Source of the DNA: Candidatus Peregrinibacteria bacterium
Lineage (GTDB): Bacteria > Patescibacteriota > Gracilibacteria > UBA1369 > UBA12463
NCBI GenBank assembly: GCA_037447365.1
Contig: JBBIGU010000001.1
Span: forward strand, 9,670-73,669
Reading direction: 5' to 3'
DNA length: 64,000 bases
The translations under genes and the position numbers were made by a program. The notes under the pieces were generated by a model. The model was not told the origin of the DNA, ran no database searches, and saw nothing but the letters and a program-made list of their open reading frames with translations. This document shows positions 20,072 to 29,648 of this stretch, in pieces (the first letter of the stretch is position 1; every line of letters begins with the position of its first letter).

Positions 20072-20835
20072 GGGTGTTTTGAGGGTGATTGTTTGAATGA
20101 GGCTATTTCTCGAGGTGAGAGTTCCCGGTAAGTACCTTCTTCGAGTCTTCCGAGTTTTACTTCTCCGATACGGACTCTTTTGAGATATTGTACCGTAAAG
20201 TGCATGGATTTGAACATTCTTCTGATCTGTCTTTTTTGACCTTCTTCGAGAATGACTGCGAGATAGGTTCGTCCAGTGCTCTTTTTCGTAATCGTTGCTG
20301 ACTTTATTTTTGCGAGTTTTTCTTTAAGAGCCGATGGTTTGCCTTTTTCATTTTCTTCATCTGTTAGTATGATGCCTTTTTGCATCTTTTCAATATCGTT
20401 CTCCGTGACATCTCCGACACATATGACAAGATACTCTTTCTCACATGTGTATCTCGGATGCATAATGGTATTAGCAAACGCTCCATCGGTCGTGACGAGA
20501 ATAATTCCCTCACTGTCTTTGTCGAGTCGTCCGACCGGATAGAGGTGGGGGATTTTTGGCAAATATCGAACAATTGTCTCTTCAGCGTGAATATCTGAAA
20601 GAGTGCAAGTTACTCCTTTTGGCTTATTGAACACTAAATATGTGTGCTTTTGTCGTGGAATAATCTTTTTCCCCTGATACTCTACCTTATCTTTACTTGG
20701 GTCAATTTTGGTTCCGAGTTTTGTGCATGGTTCACCATTTACAATAATTTTCCCCTGCACGATAAGCTCTTCGGCTTTTCTTCGAGAACAGACGCCACAA
20801 TCTGAAAGATACTTTTGAAGTCGAAGTGGTTCCAT
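20068..20835 (-). CDS. rluB: pseudouridine synthase, RsuA/RluB family
   Basis: An N-terminal S4 domain (RLQKYLSDCGVCSRRKAEELI) and the catalytic GRLDKDSEGIIL motif. The stop overlaps the next start (ATGA). Confidence 0.85.
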   Translation of the reverse strand: MEPLRLQKYLSDCGVCSRRKAEELIVQGKIIVNGEPCTKLGTKIDPSKDKVEYQGKKIIPRQKHTYLVFNKPKGVTCTLSDIHAEETIVRYLPKIPHLYPVGRLDKDSEGIILVTTDGAFANTIMHPRYTCEKEYLVICVGDVTENDIEKMQKGIILTDEENEKGKPSALKEKLAKIKSATITKKSTGRTYLAVILEEGQKRQIRRMFKSMHFTVQYLKRVRIGEVKLGRLEEGTYRELSPREIASFKQSPSKHP

Positions 20836-21089
20836 TATTTTTTCTTAGGGGTTGCTGGTACTGGAGTTGTTGTCTTTGTAGATGTTGTCTTTGTGGTAGG
20901 AGCTGCGGTTTTGGTTCCTAGTGGAGCCATACCGATTCCCGTGTTTGCTGTTCCTCCTGTTGTGTCCTTTGGAGCCGCTTCGCCGGAAACGACAGTTGGT
21001 GTAAGTGGTACAATTCCATCAAAAGAGTCTTTCATCTTCCTAGGAATGTAGTCGGCACCTAACTCTATGATAATATCCGCGTCACTCAT
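20835..21089 (-). CDS. C-terminal remainder of the LytR_C domain plus a T/P/K-rich tail; in frame with the upstream LCP gene across a TAG
   Basis: The frame is open from the LCP stop (21168-21170) through 21090-21167 (IIETLQKLIPGVISTQIPPKYLEPQY) into this ORF (MSDADIIIELGADYIP...). Its stop overlaps the rluB start (TAATG). Confidence 0.55.
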   Translation of the reverse strand: MSDADIIIELGADYIPRKMKDSFDGIVPLTPTVVSGEAAPKDTTGGTANTGIGMAPLGTKTAAPTTKTTSTKTTTPVPATPKKK

Positions 21090-21167
21090 GTACTGAGGTT
21101 CGAGATATTTTGGTGGGATCTGTGTTGATATGACTCCAGGAATGAGTTTTTGGAGTGTTTCGATGAT

Positions 21168-22430
21168 CTAACCCGGGATATCTTTTTTGAGATAATAGGT
21201 TGTTTTTTGAATGTCTTTTGCTTGTCCGTTTCCAAATCGAATAACGTTTAAACAAAGTCTATTGAGGATGATTTTTGTTTCTGCGGCTAGTCCGATTCCT
21301 TTGGTGCCATTCAGTATTTGTAATTTCAAATCAGATTGTTTTATTTCTGGATGATTGAAGATGACGTCAGTAAGATTGTGAATGTCTTCATTGTTTGATT
21401 TTGCGGCTACAAGTACTGATGCACCGTTATAAAGGTCTCGTGCTGGAGTGTATAGAAGTCCACCGCACTGAGCTGGATCATCATGAATTCTATACGTTAC
21501 GATGTTTTCTCTCTTCACTTGTGATCCAATTTTTCCAAGTGTGAGAATTTCTCTGAGAGCGAGATCGGTATCGATGTATTTTTGTAATGATTCGTAAATA
21601 TCCTGGAGTTTTCCGGTATCTCCCAGTACCCCTTTTTGTTCAGCTGTTTCTTTTAGAGCGTAGAGAATGATTTGCTGTCTCGTTGAACGATCAAAGTCTG
21701 ATGTACTATGTCGACTTCGGGCATATTTAAGGGCAGTTTCCCCATCAAGATGCTGTTGACCTGCCGAAATGGAAAAGATCTCATAGCCAATATTCTCTCC
21801 CTTTGGATACATTGGATCGTACACGGCTTGCGGAACATTCACATCAACACCACCAAGCGTATCGATAATTTCTTTGAAACCTTGGAAATCCAACTTGAGA
21901 TAGTACTGTACCTGTATTCCTGTAACATCTTTAACGTGCTCTTCGAGCATCTTGATTCCAAGTTCTGCGCTTCCCAATTCATTTTTTCCTATGTGATACA
22001 GGTTGTTAATTCTCGTGCTACCAACTTTTTTGTCCGTGATATAAAAATCTCGCGGAACGGATAATAATGTTACCTGATTGGTTTTTTGATTGATGCTTGC
22101 GACAATGATAGTGTCGGTCAGATCCGCGCCTTCATGCTCTCCTCCTCCTGTTCCAAGAAGAAGAATATTTGTGTGTCCATAGCTATCTTCTTGCAAGTCT
22201 TTTCCAAGAGAAAAAACGATATTACGTAGGCTGATGCCTTTAATAACTTTGTATGCACTAAATATCATGACAAACGCAATGATCGCACTTAAGATAATCG
22301 TCTTTTTTGGTGTAAAAAACTTGAAATCCTGAGGTGGTTTTAGCTTTTCCCTAAAGCTTTTAAAACTTTCCCGACGATGTGCATATTGAGAGAGTCGATC
22401 GGTCCGGATTTTTCGTCGTTGAAACTCCAT
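21168..22430 (-). CDS. LCP (LytR-CpsA-Psr) family protein, ending at a TAG inside its C-terminal LytR_C domain
   Basis: An N-terminal TM anchor, the LCP core (NILLLGTGGGEHEGADLTDTIIVASI ... LLSVPRDFYI ... ALKYARSRH), then the start of a LytR_C domain (LQILNGTKGIGLAAETK ... TTYYLKKDIPG-stop). Confidence 0.85.
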   Translation of the reverse strand: MEFQRRKIRTDRLSQYAHRRESFKSFREKLKPPQDFKFFTPKKTIILSAIIAFVMIFSAYKVIKGISLRNIVFSLGKDLQEDSYGHTNILLLGTGGGEHEGADLTDTIIVASINQKTNQVTLLSVPRDFYITDKKVGSTRINNLYHIGKNELGSAELGIKMLEEHVKDVTGIQVQYYLKLDFQGFKEIIDTLGGVDVNVPQAVYDPMYPKGENIGYEIFSISAGQQHLDGETALKYARSRHSTSDFDRSTRQQIILYALKETAEQKGVLGDTGKLQDIYESLQKYIDTDLALREILTLGKIGSQVKRENIVTYRIHDDPAQCGGLLYTPARDLYNGASVLVAAKSNNEDIHNLTDVIFNHPEIKQSDLKLQILNGTKGIGLAAETKIILNRLCLNVIRFGNGQAKDIQKTTYYLKKDIPG

Positions 22431-22498
22431 GATTCAAAAATAGGTTGCCAAAGTATTTTACGCAATTTCCAGCTCTTTTGAAGGGCTTTATTTGTTTT

Positions 22499-24454
22499 TT
22501 ATTTGCTTAAAAGAATGGTTATTTTTAACTCTCCTAGCTTTGTTGCTCCAAGTCCGATACCAATTCGCTGCCAGCTGCCATTATCTGCTTCTGATTCTGT
22601 AAATATTCGAGAAGCTACGTCCTGTACACTATTGGTTGAAAAGATGAACATCTGTGTTGAACTTTGAATATTTGCTGCTTGTACCATTTGAGAGAGTGAG
22701 CTTCCATCATCCGTTTTGAGTCCGAACGTATCGAGTTTTGCGAGTTTTTGACTCCAGCTGTTGGCAACTTGCAGAAGCGCTGCACTTTCTGTCAGCGGTT
22801 TGTTTCCCTGAGATGTTCTTTGATTATTGAAAGAGGTGAGAATGTTATTTTTTAGCGTTATGAGAGAGTCTTCCGCGAGAGGATCTCCAGAAAATTCTTG
22901 GGTGATTTTGAGGGTACCATCGCTACTTTTGACTATTCCAATGCCTACTCGTGTCCAAACAGGGTTGAGGATGTTTTTTCGATGAATCGGACTTCGTAAT
23001 AGTCCCTGCATAGATGAAAAAAGCGTTTGTGCATTTGCGAGATTTTCACCTACTTCACTTGCGTAATGAGCTTTTTTTCTTCGATCTTCAGGAGCCTCTC
23101 CACTTGGATTTATGTGCCCAAAGAAGTGTCGATTTTCCATGTCGACACTGTGATTTTGTGCGAGAGTATTGAGATTAGCATCTAGCTTTACAGATGAAAG
23201 GCCTATTCCAGTTCGAATTGCATTAATCATATTCAGCATGGATTGGCGATCTTTTGCGAGATTTACATTTCGCTGTAATGGACTAAAATCATTTGCCATA
23301 TCCTGAAAATCAGGAATAAGTGGAGTTGCTGTTGTTGCATAAAATGGGAGATTGATTGCCGCACCCCCACCTTCGTTATTTATTTCTATGATGTACGTTC
23401 CGTTTTCTTTTGTATTGTAATTAAACGTAAAGATGTTTCCCTTTTGAATGATGTCACTTGAGGAAATTTTGCTACCTTCTACTGTTCCATTTGGGCGTGT
23501 TATTAATGCGGTTCCTTGTAGATTTTCAAGGGCTGTTCCTTGAATAATGATGGATGATTTTGTTTTAAGGATACTCGAAGATTTGTTTGATATGCTGATG
23601 TCGGTTTTTTCGATCGTTCTAAATCCATGATACGTAATTTGTACTTTTTGTTTTATGCCGTTCGTCCATGTTCCTGTATTCCCAGGTGTTTTTGTTGATA
23701 GAGTTATTGTTGCTGATCCTGGCTTGAATAAGCGAAAATCACTATATTTGAGTGGGATGGTATTTGTGTTTTGTCTCACAATATAGCTTATTGTTTTTTC
23801 ATCTTGTTGAAATGTGATTTTATACCAATCGTCCCTAGTTCGTTTCCAGGTAACGGAGGTTGTGTCTTTATCTTCATCGTATGAAAGATATATTCGATTT
23901 TGGATTCCTGTTGTCTTGGCCGTTCCCTTTGATTCGGCTTTTAGTGGATCTACATGTATTTCTCGAATTTTGCTTTTTCCGTTATTTCCGAGAATGATTC
24001 CGAGTTTGTAGTTTCCGGTTTGGGGAAAACGTAGTGGAATTGTAAACGTATTATTTACGATTGGTGAGCCGAAGTTGATGAAACTTTCTTGATTGTTAGT
24101 ATCTGTGTAGTTCAAAAAAGCGAAAAGTTCGGTAGCGTTATTGGGATTTTGAGTAACGCGACCTTTGATTACATAGGTTTCGTATTGGTAGAAGATATTT
24201 GGAAGAGGGGAGTCGAGTTGAACATTATCAAATGCAGTAACTTCAATGTTTGATGGAGTGATTGAAGTAGTGGTTTTTGACGGTAATATTGGCTTGTATA
24301 CTTCATTATTGAGAATAGGGCTTTGATATTCATCAAATAATGTCGATGCAGCAAAAGCTACCTGTCCTCCAATGCTATTGCCTAAAAGGCAGATTGCTAA
24401 TAAGAATGAGAGGTATTTTTTTCTTTGATCTTGGGATGGTTTTTTTGATCTCAT
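22499..24454 (-). CDS. secreted protein with two CAP/SCP (YkwD-like) domains
   Basis: Signal peptide (LLAICLLGNSIGGQVAFA). A CAP-like segment follows (LNMINAIRTGIGLSSVKLDANLNTLAQNHSVDMENRHFFGHINPSGE ... HRKNILNPVWTRVGIGI), with a second, more divergent copy at the C-terminus. Confidence 0.7.
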   Translation of the reverse strand: MRSKKPSQDQRKKYLSFLLAICLLGNSIGGQVAFAASTLFDEYQSPILNNEVYKPILPSKTTTSITPSNIEVTAFDNVQLDSPLPNIFYQYETYVIKGRVTQNPNNATELFAFLNYTDTNNQESFINFGSPIVNNTFTIPLRFPQTGNYKLGIILGNNGKSKIREIHVDPLKAESKGTAKTTGIQNRIYLSYDEDKDTTSVTWKRTRDDWYKITFQQDEKTISYIVRQNTNTIPLKYSDFRLFKPGSATITLSTKTPGNTGTWTNGIKQKVQITYHGFRTIEKTDISISNKSSSILKTKSSIIIQGTALENLQGTALITRPNGTVEGSKISSSDIIQKGNIFTFNYNTKENGTYIIEINNEGGGAAINLPFYATTATPLIPDFQDMANDFSPLQRNVNLAKDRQSMLNMINAIRTGIGLSSVKLDANLNTLAQNHSVDMENRHFFGHINPSGEAPEDRRKKAHYASEVGENLANAQTLFSSMQGLLRSPIHRKNILNPVWTRVGIGIVKSSDGTLKITQEFSGDPLAEDSLITLKNNILTSFNNQRTSQGNKPLTESAALLQVANSWSQKLAKLDTFGLKTDDGSSLSQMVQAANIQSSTQMFIFSTNSVQDVASRIFTESEADNGSWQRIGIGLGATKLGELKITILLSK

Positions 24455-24475
24455 GTGGTAGGTTAATAGTACACT

Positions 24476-25609
24476 ATGTTTGCTGATTTTGCTGATGATT
24501 TTATTGGATCTTTAAATCCGCTTGCCCGAGCCAAGAATGAACGGCTGGAGCGGGGATTGCCACTGTATGATTACGCAAGTGGTAGCGTGCATGATGCTGG
24601 AATTCTTTTTCCGCAGGATGTTTTGAAGTCTGCGATGGATCATGCATTTGTTCGTGCTGAGAAGTATGCTCCGGATTCAAAAGGTCAATTGCTGGCCCGT
24701 GAAGCCATTGCTCGTTATTATGCTGGATACAAGAATGGGGATGAAGAGCGGGTGATTTTGACACCGGGAACGAGTCAGTCATATTGGTATGTTTTTACAC
24801 TTCTTGCGAATGCGGGGGATGAGATTGTCGTTCCGCGGCCTTGTTATCCATTGTTTGAATACATTGCGAAACTCTGTAAGGTTACACTTACGTATTATGA
24901 TCTTGAAGTTAAGGATGGTATCTGGAAACTTAACATTGATTCACTCCATCGAGCGCTGAATGCGAAAACTCGGGCGATTGTTTTGATATCTCCACATAAT
25001 CCAACAGGTCATGTTCTTTCTCATACAGAGCTGGAACTTATTCGACATATTGCATGTGAAAAGAATATTCCCCTTATCATTGATGAGGTTTTTTATGAAT
25101 TTGTTTTTGATGAGACGTGTTATGAAAATGGGAACTTACCTCAGCGAACTGTTCTGGCCGATTGCCCTCTTGTTTTTACATTAAATGGTTTCTCTAAGAT
25201 GTTTGCCCTTCCTGGAATGAAGATTGGATGGATTAAGATTGATGGGTATGCTGATGCTGTTCATACAGCTGTTTCTGCCCTTGAAATGATTGCTGATACC
25301 TTTCTTCCCGTTCAGGATATGGCGCAATTTGCTGCTGCGGAAATTTTTGAAAGTGGTCAGCTTTTTTTACGAGATTATAAAAAAACAATTCGAGATGCCT
25401 GGACCGAAATGAAGGATATGTATTCTATTGTTCCACAGGGTGGATTCTATGGAGTGAAGTTTATTGGTGACCGAGATGAGGATGTATATGCCCTTGAGCT
25501 TTTGCATAAACATGGAGTTTTAGTGCATCCTGGCTACTTCTTCACTTGCCCAGAACCTGCTGTTGTTTTTTCCTTCTTGAAGGGCATTGAACATTTTGCG
25601 CTCGTGTGA
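24476..25609 (+). CDS. pyridoxal-phosphate-dependent aminotransferase, class I/II
   Basis: The PHNPTG and NGFSKMFALPGMKIGW (PLP lysine) motifs at the typical spacing. Confidence 0.85.
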   Translation: MFADFADDFIGSLNPLARAKNERLERGLPLYDYASGSVHDAGILFPQDVLKSAMDHAFVRAEKYAPDSKGQLLAREAIARYYAGYKNGDEERVILTPGTSQSYWYVFTLLANAGDEIVVPRPCYPLFEYIAKLCKVTLTYYDLEVKDGIWKLNIDSLHRALNAKTRAIVLISPHNPTGHVLSHTELELIRHIACEKNIPLIIDEVFYEFVFDETCYENGNLPQRTVLADCPLVFTLNGFSKMFALPGMKIGWIKIDGYADAVHTAVSALEMIADTFLPVQDMAQFAAAEIFESGQLFLRDYKKTIRDAWTEMKDMYSIVPQGGFYGVKFIGDRDEDVYALELLHKHGVLVHPGYFFTCPEPAVVFSFLKGIEHFALV

Positions 25610-25650
25610 GTTTTGTGGTATTGATATATTGAATTCCTCATTCAATTTCT

Positions 25651-26247
25651 ATGCCTCCAAAAAAGGCTCCTTCTCCTCGAAAAACTTCTGTGAAGAAGGC
25701 TGCTCTTCAATCTTCAAAAAAAACAGTTCGTCGCGCTCCTGCGTCGCGCTCCCTCTCTGCTCGATTTTCCGCATGGCTCGATACTATCTCCCCTGCGTCC
25801 GTTCTTGGAATCGGATTGTGTGTCGTTGTTTTTTCTATTATTCATTCTCTTTTTGTTGATCTCGGAGACTGGTATTCTTCTCTTTCTAAACCAAGTATTG
25901 AAGTTAACGGATGGATCTTTGAATTTGTTCTTACGGGCGTTTTTGCCTTTGTTACTGCCTCTATTGTCATTCTCTGGAATGTTCGAACTCGTGGAAGAGC
26001 GTTTCTCATGTGGCTCTTTGTACTGTTAGGCATGGTTCACATTATGTGGAGTATGTTTTTCTTTGGCCTTCATGCAACCCAGATAGCACTTCTTGATATT
26101 GTTGCTCTTTGGATTCTTCTTTGGACTATTATTCTTCTTGCATGGCGTCGCTCTAAATTCGCTGCATTTTTTCTTCTTCCGTATCTTGGATGGGTTACAT
26201 TTGTTACCGTATTTAACGGTCTGATCGTTCTCAATTATCTTGCTTAA
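25651..26247 (+). CDS. TspO/MBR family protein with a basic N-terminal extension
   Basis: WYSSLSKPS ... WSMFFFG ... LLPYLGWVTFVTVFN matches the TspO five-helix pattern. About 45 aa of K/R/S-rich leader precedes it. Confidence 0.75.
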   Translation: MPPKKAPSPRKTSVKKAALQSSKKTVRRAPASRSLSARFSAWLDTISPASVLGIGLCVVVFSIIHSLFVDLGDWYSSLSKPSIEVNGWIFEFVLTGVFAFVTASIVILWNVRTRGRAFLMWLFVLLGMVHIMWSMFFFGLHATQIALLDIVALWILLWTIILLAWRRSKFAAFFLLPYLGWVTFVTVFNGLIVLNYLA

Positions 26248-27403
26248 AAATTCTCACATTATGCCTCGTGCAAAAGCAAAAGTCGTATCGAATATTTCTG
26301 AAGATGTGAATGAAAAAATCTTGAAAATTCATCACATCCCAGCATATTTCTTGATATTTGCCCTTGTTGTTGCTTTTTACTTTTTATTTGTTTCTCTTCA
26401 GCCGTTTTTTACTGTCATTATTTTTGCCGGTGTTTTGGCCACTGCTTTTTATCCAGTTTATCGTCGTATCTTTTTGGGTGTTAACCACTCGACATTAGCA
26501 GCTGTGTTGAGTTGTATTATTGTAACACTTATTATCGTCATTCCTCTTGTTATTATCTTCTTTCTTCTTGCGAGCGAGGCGGTAAATGCCTATGCCTCTA
26601 TTCAAATGAAGGTTAATTCTGGTTTTTTTGATCCAATTTTGAAGTGGAAGCCGGGAAGTTTTGTGTACGACGCATATCGTCATTATTTCCCTGATTTACG
26701 TTTGAGCGACGTTGATCTTTCTGCCCAGATTACAACTTTTGCCCAGACAGTAAGTACTTTCTTGATTGAGCAAGCACAGGCATTTGTTTCTGGAATTTTT
26801 GGCTTCTTCATCAGTTTTCTTATCATGACTGTTACGCTGTTTTATTTCTTTAAAGATGGTGAACATATTGCTCATAGAATTTTGGAACTCAGTCCTTTGC
26901 CTGTTAAATATGAAAAACGCTTGTTGACTCATTTACATCGAATGACGAAAGCAACTCTCTATGGCACGTTTTTGACGGCTATTGTCCAGGGTGTTATTGG
27001 TGGAATAGGTTTTGCTATCGCGGGAGTTGAACAACCTGTTTTATGGGGATCGGTTATGGCATTTTTTGCACTCCTTCCTTATGTTGGTACTGGTTTTGTC
27101 TGGCTTCCTGCTTCTGTCATTCTTCTTGCTACAGGGCATACCGGATCGGCTATTTTTCTCTTTCTTTGGGGTGTGCTCATTGTTGGTACTATTGATAATT
27201 TTTTGCGACCATATCTTGTTGGGAAAGGCATTATTACTAATTCACTTTTAACGTTCCTTGTTGTCCTCGGAGGAGTTATCGTTTGGGGTTTTCCGGGTGT
27301 TGTCTTTGGCCCACTCGTCCTTACGATGCTCACAGCTCTTCTTGAAATTTATGAGAAGGAGTATGGCTCTGTTCTGAAGGGTCTCGATCATGACGGAATT
27401 TAG
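26240..27403 (+). CDS. AI-2E family transporter (PerM/UPF0118)
   Basis: 387 aa, polytopic, with the typical C-terminal part (LLPYVGTGFVWLPASVILL ... IDNFLRPYLVGKG). The start may be the internal Met at 26261. Confidence 0.85.
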   Translation: MLKNSHIMPRAKAKVVSNISEDVNEKILKIHHIPAYFLIFALVVAFYFLFVSLQPFFTVIIFAGVLATAFYPVYRRIFLGVNHSTLAAVLSCIIVTLIIVIPLVIIFFLLASEAVNAYASIQMKVNSGFFDPILKWKPGSFVYDAYRHYFPDLRLSDVDLSAQITTFAQTVSTFLIEQAQAFVSGIFGFFISFLIMTVTLFYFFKDGEHIAHRILELSPLPVKYEKRLLTHLHRMTKATLYGTFLTAIVQGVIGGIGFAIAGVEQPVLWGSVMAFFALLPYVGTGFVWLPASVILLATGHTGSAIFLFLWGVLIVGTIDNFLRPYLVGKGIITNSLLTFLVVLGGVIVWGFPGVVFGPLVLTMLTALLEIYEKEYGSVLKGLDHDGI

Positions 27404-29261
27404 TTTTTATTATCCATCCTGTTATTATTGCTGCGATGATACTTCCGCTTATGAGAAGCGGTATGAGTATTGATGATGATTCTGACTGGCTTGATTCATT
27501 GATAACTTTGTAACTCTCTAATATGAGAGTGTCTCCTTTTTGTATTGCGGTGATTTCTATTGTTTCTCCCTTTTTTGTTATTAACTGTATGAGATCTGGT
27601 TGGATTTTTTTTGGATCAACATGCACAGTGAATACCTTTCCATTTCTTTCGATATCGAATGAGTTTTCTGTGTCTAGTTCGCGACGCACTACTCCTTTGA
27701 TGCGATAGTACACTGGATTTGGTTTTCCTTTTGTAATCATGTCCGTCCATTCCCATTGGCTTTCTTGTGCTGTTTTCATGCTTTGTGCCTCCGCACTTCC
27801 AATGAACCAGTTTTTCCAGCTCACGACGTTTTGTGTCGGTGCGTCACCTGTGTTTCCATCTTCGATTCCTATAGTTGTGATGTTTGCAAATGAAATATTT
27901 TCTGGTGCGTTCTGAAATTCTATGGTGTCCTGTACAACATTGTCTGCGTCAATAAGCTGTACTTGATCTCCAGTATTTTTGAGCTGAATTTTTGTCGTTT
28001 TGTCCGAGATAGTGATGTATCCGAACGCATCAATGCTCGTGCCTTCTGGAAAGGTAAATGTTTTTCCTGCGGCGTTTTTTATCTTCCATCCACTTACATT
28101 CAAAACTGTTCCTGATGAGTTTCGAATTTCTATCCACTCATTTCCGCTGTCGCTTCCGGATGGGTTTGGAAATACCTCAGATACGTCTACAGGGCTTTGG
28201 TTTCCGGTTTCTGGATTAGTAGTATTTGCATCAGGTTCAGTGATGGAATTCGTATCTGTTGTGGTAGTTTCCTCGTTTTCTTCTCCTGGTGTTGTGTTTG
28301 TTGCGATTTCCCACTCTCCATTTTTTATCCTTGCCCAACTTTTCCCTGTTTCTACCTTAGTATAGATGTATTGAGATGTTACTGCTCCGTTTGGGTCTAT
28401 GAGGCGTACTGCGTCAGTGGTGTTGTTGAGTGTAATATTCGTAATGGTATTTGACATGAGAAGGAAACTTTCTGAACCGATAGTTTCATCTTTGAATGTA
28501 TACGGTTTACTTCCTCCTTCTATGTCGTCGAGTTGCCAACCAGAAAGACTTACTGGATGATCACTTGTATTTTTGAGCTCGATCCACTCTTTGCCGTCAT
28601 CGCTTCCTTCTGGATCGGCGAGAAGTTCGTTGATGATCACTTCGTTAGCTGCGACTGGAAGTGATGGAGAGATTGCGAGTGGTGTTGGGGTTTCGACAGG
28701 GGTTAGGAGCGTTGCTTCTATCTTCCAATCATTTCCGGTATTGGTGTCGATTCCTGGGCTACGGGCAAAAATAGTTTCTTTCGGAAGTCCACTACTTGAA
28801 AGACAGTCTCCAACAGTTCCATTCCATTCGGTTCCAAGTTTCAGGAAGTCCGATTTTTCCTGGTCGGTTGGTGTTGAACTCCTCCAACAGACGGCATCTT
28901 TTATAGATCCCTTGTCATCGACGATCACAATCTGGTCAGTGGTTGCGGTGAGTCCCGGTATGTCCTTGAAGCTATATGTTTCTCCAGTTCGAATAGGGAA
29001 GTTGGTTAATGTCTTGAGGGTTGAGTCGATCGTTCCAAGCTTCCAATTATTGAGTACTGCGCCGTTTCCATTATTTCCGTCATTTATTACAGTTATATCG
29101 ACGAAGTCAGTTGCACTATTGAAGCTGAATTTACTGATTTCTACCTGTAGCTCGGCGATTCCGCAGGGAATAATGGTTGCTGCCAAAGCTGGAGTGACGA
29201 GTTGTCCTCCTATAATAAGGAGCGTGATGAGTGAGATATGGGCGCGAAGGTGTTTTTTCAT
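27330..29261 (-). CDS. cell-surface protein with two lamin-tail domains (LTD) and a C-terminal TM anchor
   Basis: Two LTD signatures: VIINELLADPEGSDDGKEWIELKNTSDHPVSLSGWQL and VSEVFPNPSGSDSGNEWIEIRNSSGTVLNVSGWKI. I set the start at MKKHLRAHISLITLLIIGG (signal peptide) rather than the track start at 29363. Confidence 0.7.
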   Translation of the reverse strand: MKKHLRAHISLITLLIIGGQLVTPALAATIIPCGIAELQVEISKFSFNSATDFVDITVINDGNNGNGAVLNNWKLGTIDSTLKTLTNFPIRTGETYSFKDIPGLTATTDQIVIVDDKGSIKDAVCWRSSTPTDQEKSDFLKLGTEWNGTVGDCLSSSGLPKETIFARSPGIDTNTGNDWKIEATLLTPVETPTPLAISPSLPVAANEVIINELLADPEGSDDGKEWIELKNTSDHPVSLSGWQLDDIEGGSKPYTFKDETIGSESFLLMSNTITNITLNNTTDAVRLIDPNGAVTSQYIYTKVETGKSWARIKNGEWEIATNTTPGEENEETTTTDTNSITEPDANTTNPETGNQSPVDVSEVFPNPSGSDSGNEWIEIRNSSGTVLNVSGWKIKNAAGKTFTFPEGTSIDAFGYITISDKTTKIQLKNTGDQVQLIDADNVVQDTIEFQNAPENISFANITTIGIEDGNTGDAPTQNVVSWKNWFIGSAEAQSMKTAQESQWEWTDMITKGKPNPVYYRIKGVVRRELDTENSFDIERNGKVFTVHVDPKKIQPDLIQLITKKGETIEITAIQKGDTLILESYKVINESSQSESSSILIPLLISGSIIAAIITGWIIKTKFRHDRDPSEQSHTPSHKFQEEL

Positions 29262-29397
29262 GGGATAAGGGGTTAGTGATTTTTGTTCATGACCCCATCC
29301 TACCGAGTCGACCTTACCAATTTTTAAACTTTTCTTAACATTTTCTTTAAAAAAATCTGACAAAGAGTCAAAAGAGCCCCTTATCCAAAGCTGAATC

Positions 29398-29425
29398 TTG
29401 ACTTGATTGACCTTTTTCTTACAAT
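29398..29425 (+). promoter_or_regulatory. candidate sigma-70 promoter upstream of rny
   Basis: TTGACT - 16 nt - TACAAT. This would give a leader of about 215 nt before the rny ATG. Confidence 0.35.
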
Positions 29426-29648
29426 TTGGTATTTTTGAGCTGTTTCACATCGTGTCTATTTTTGTTTCGAAATTCATGTCAACTATCCATCATTCAGCTT
29501 CAAACAATTCGAGAAAAGCGCTATGCCTACGAGTCGGTCGCCTGATGATTCATGGAAAATTTAGCTTTGAAAGGATCTAATAGTTGGTCTGGTTTTTCAA
29601 TATAGGTACGGGTGAACGAAGATTATTTGATCTAACGTTCCTTACCCC

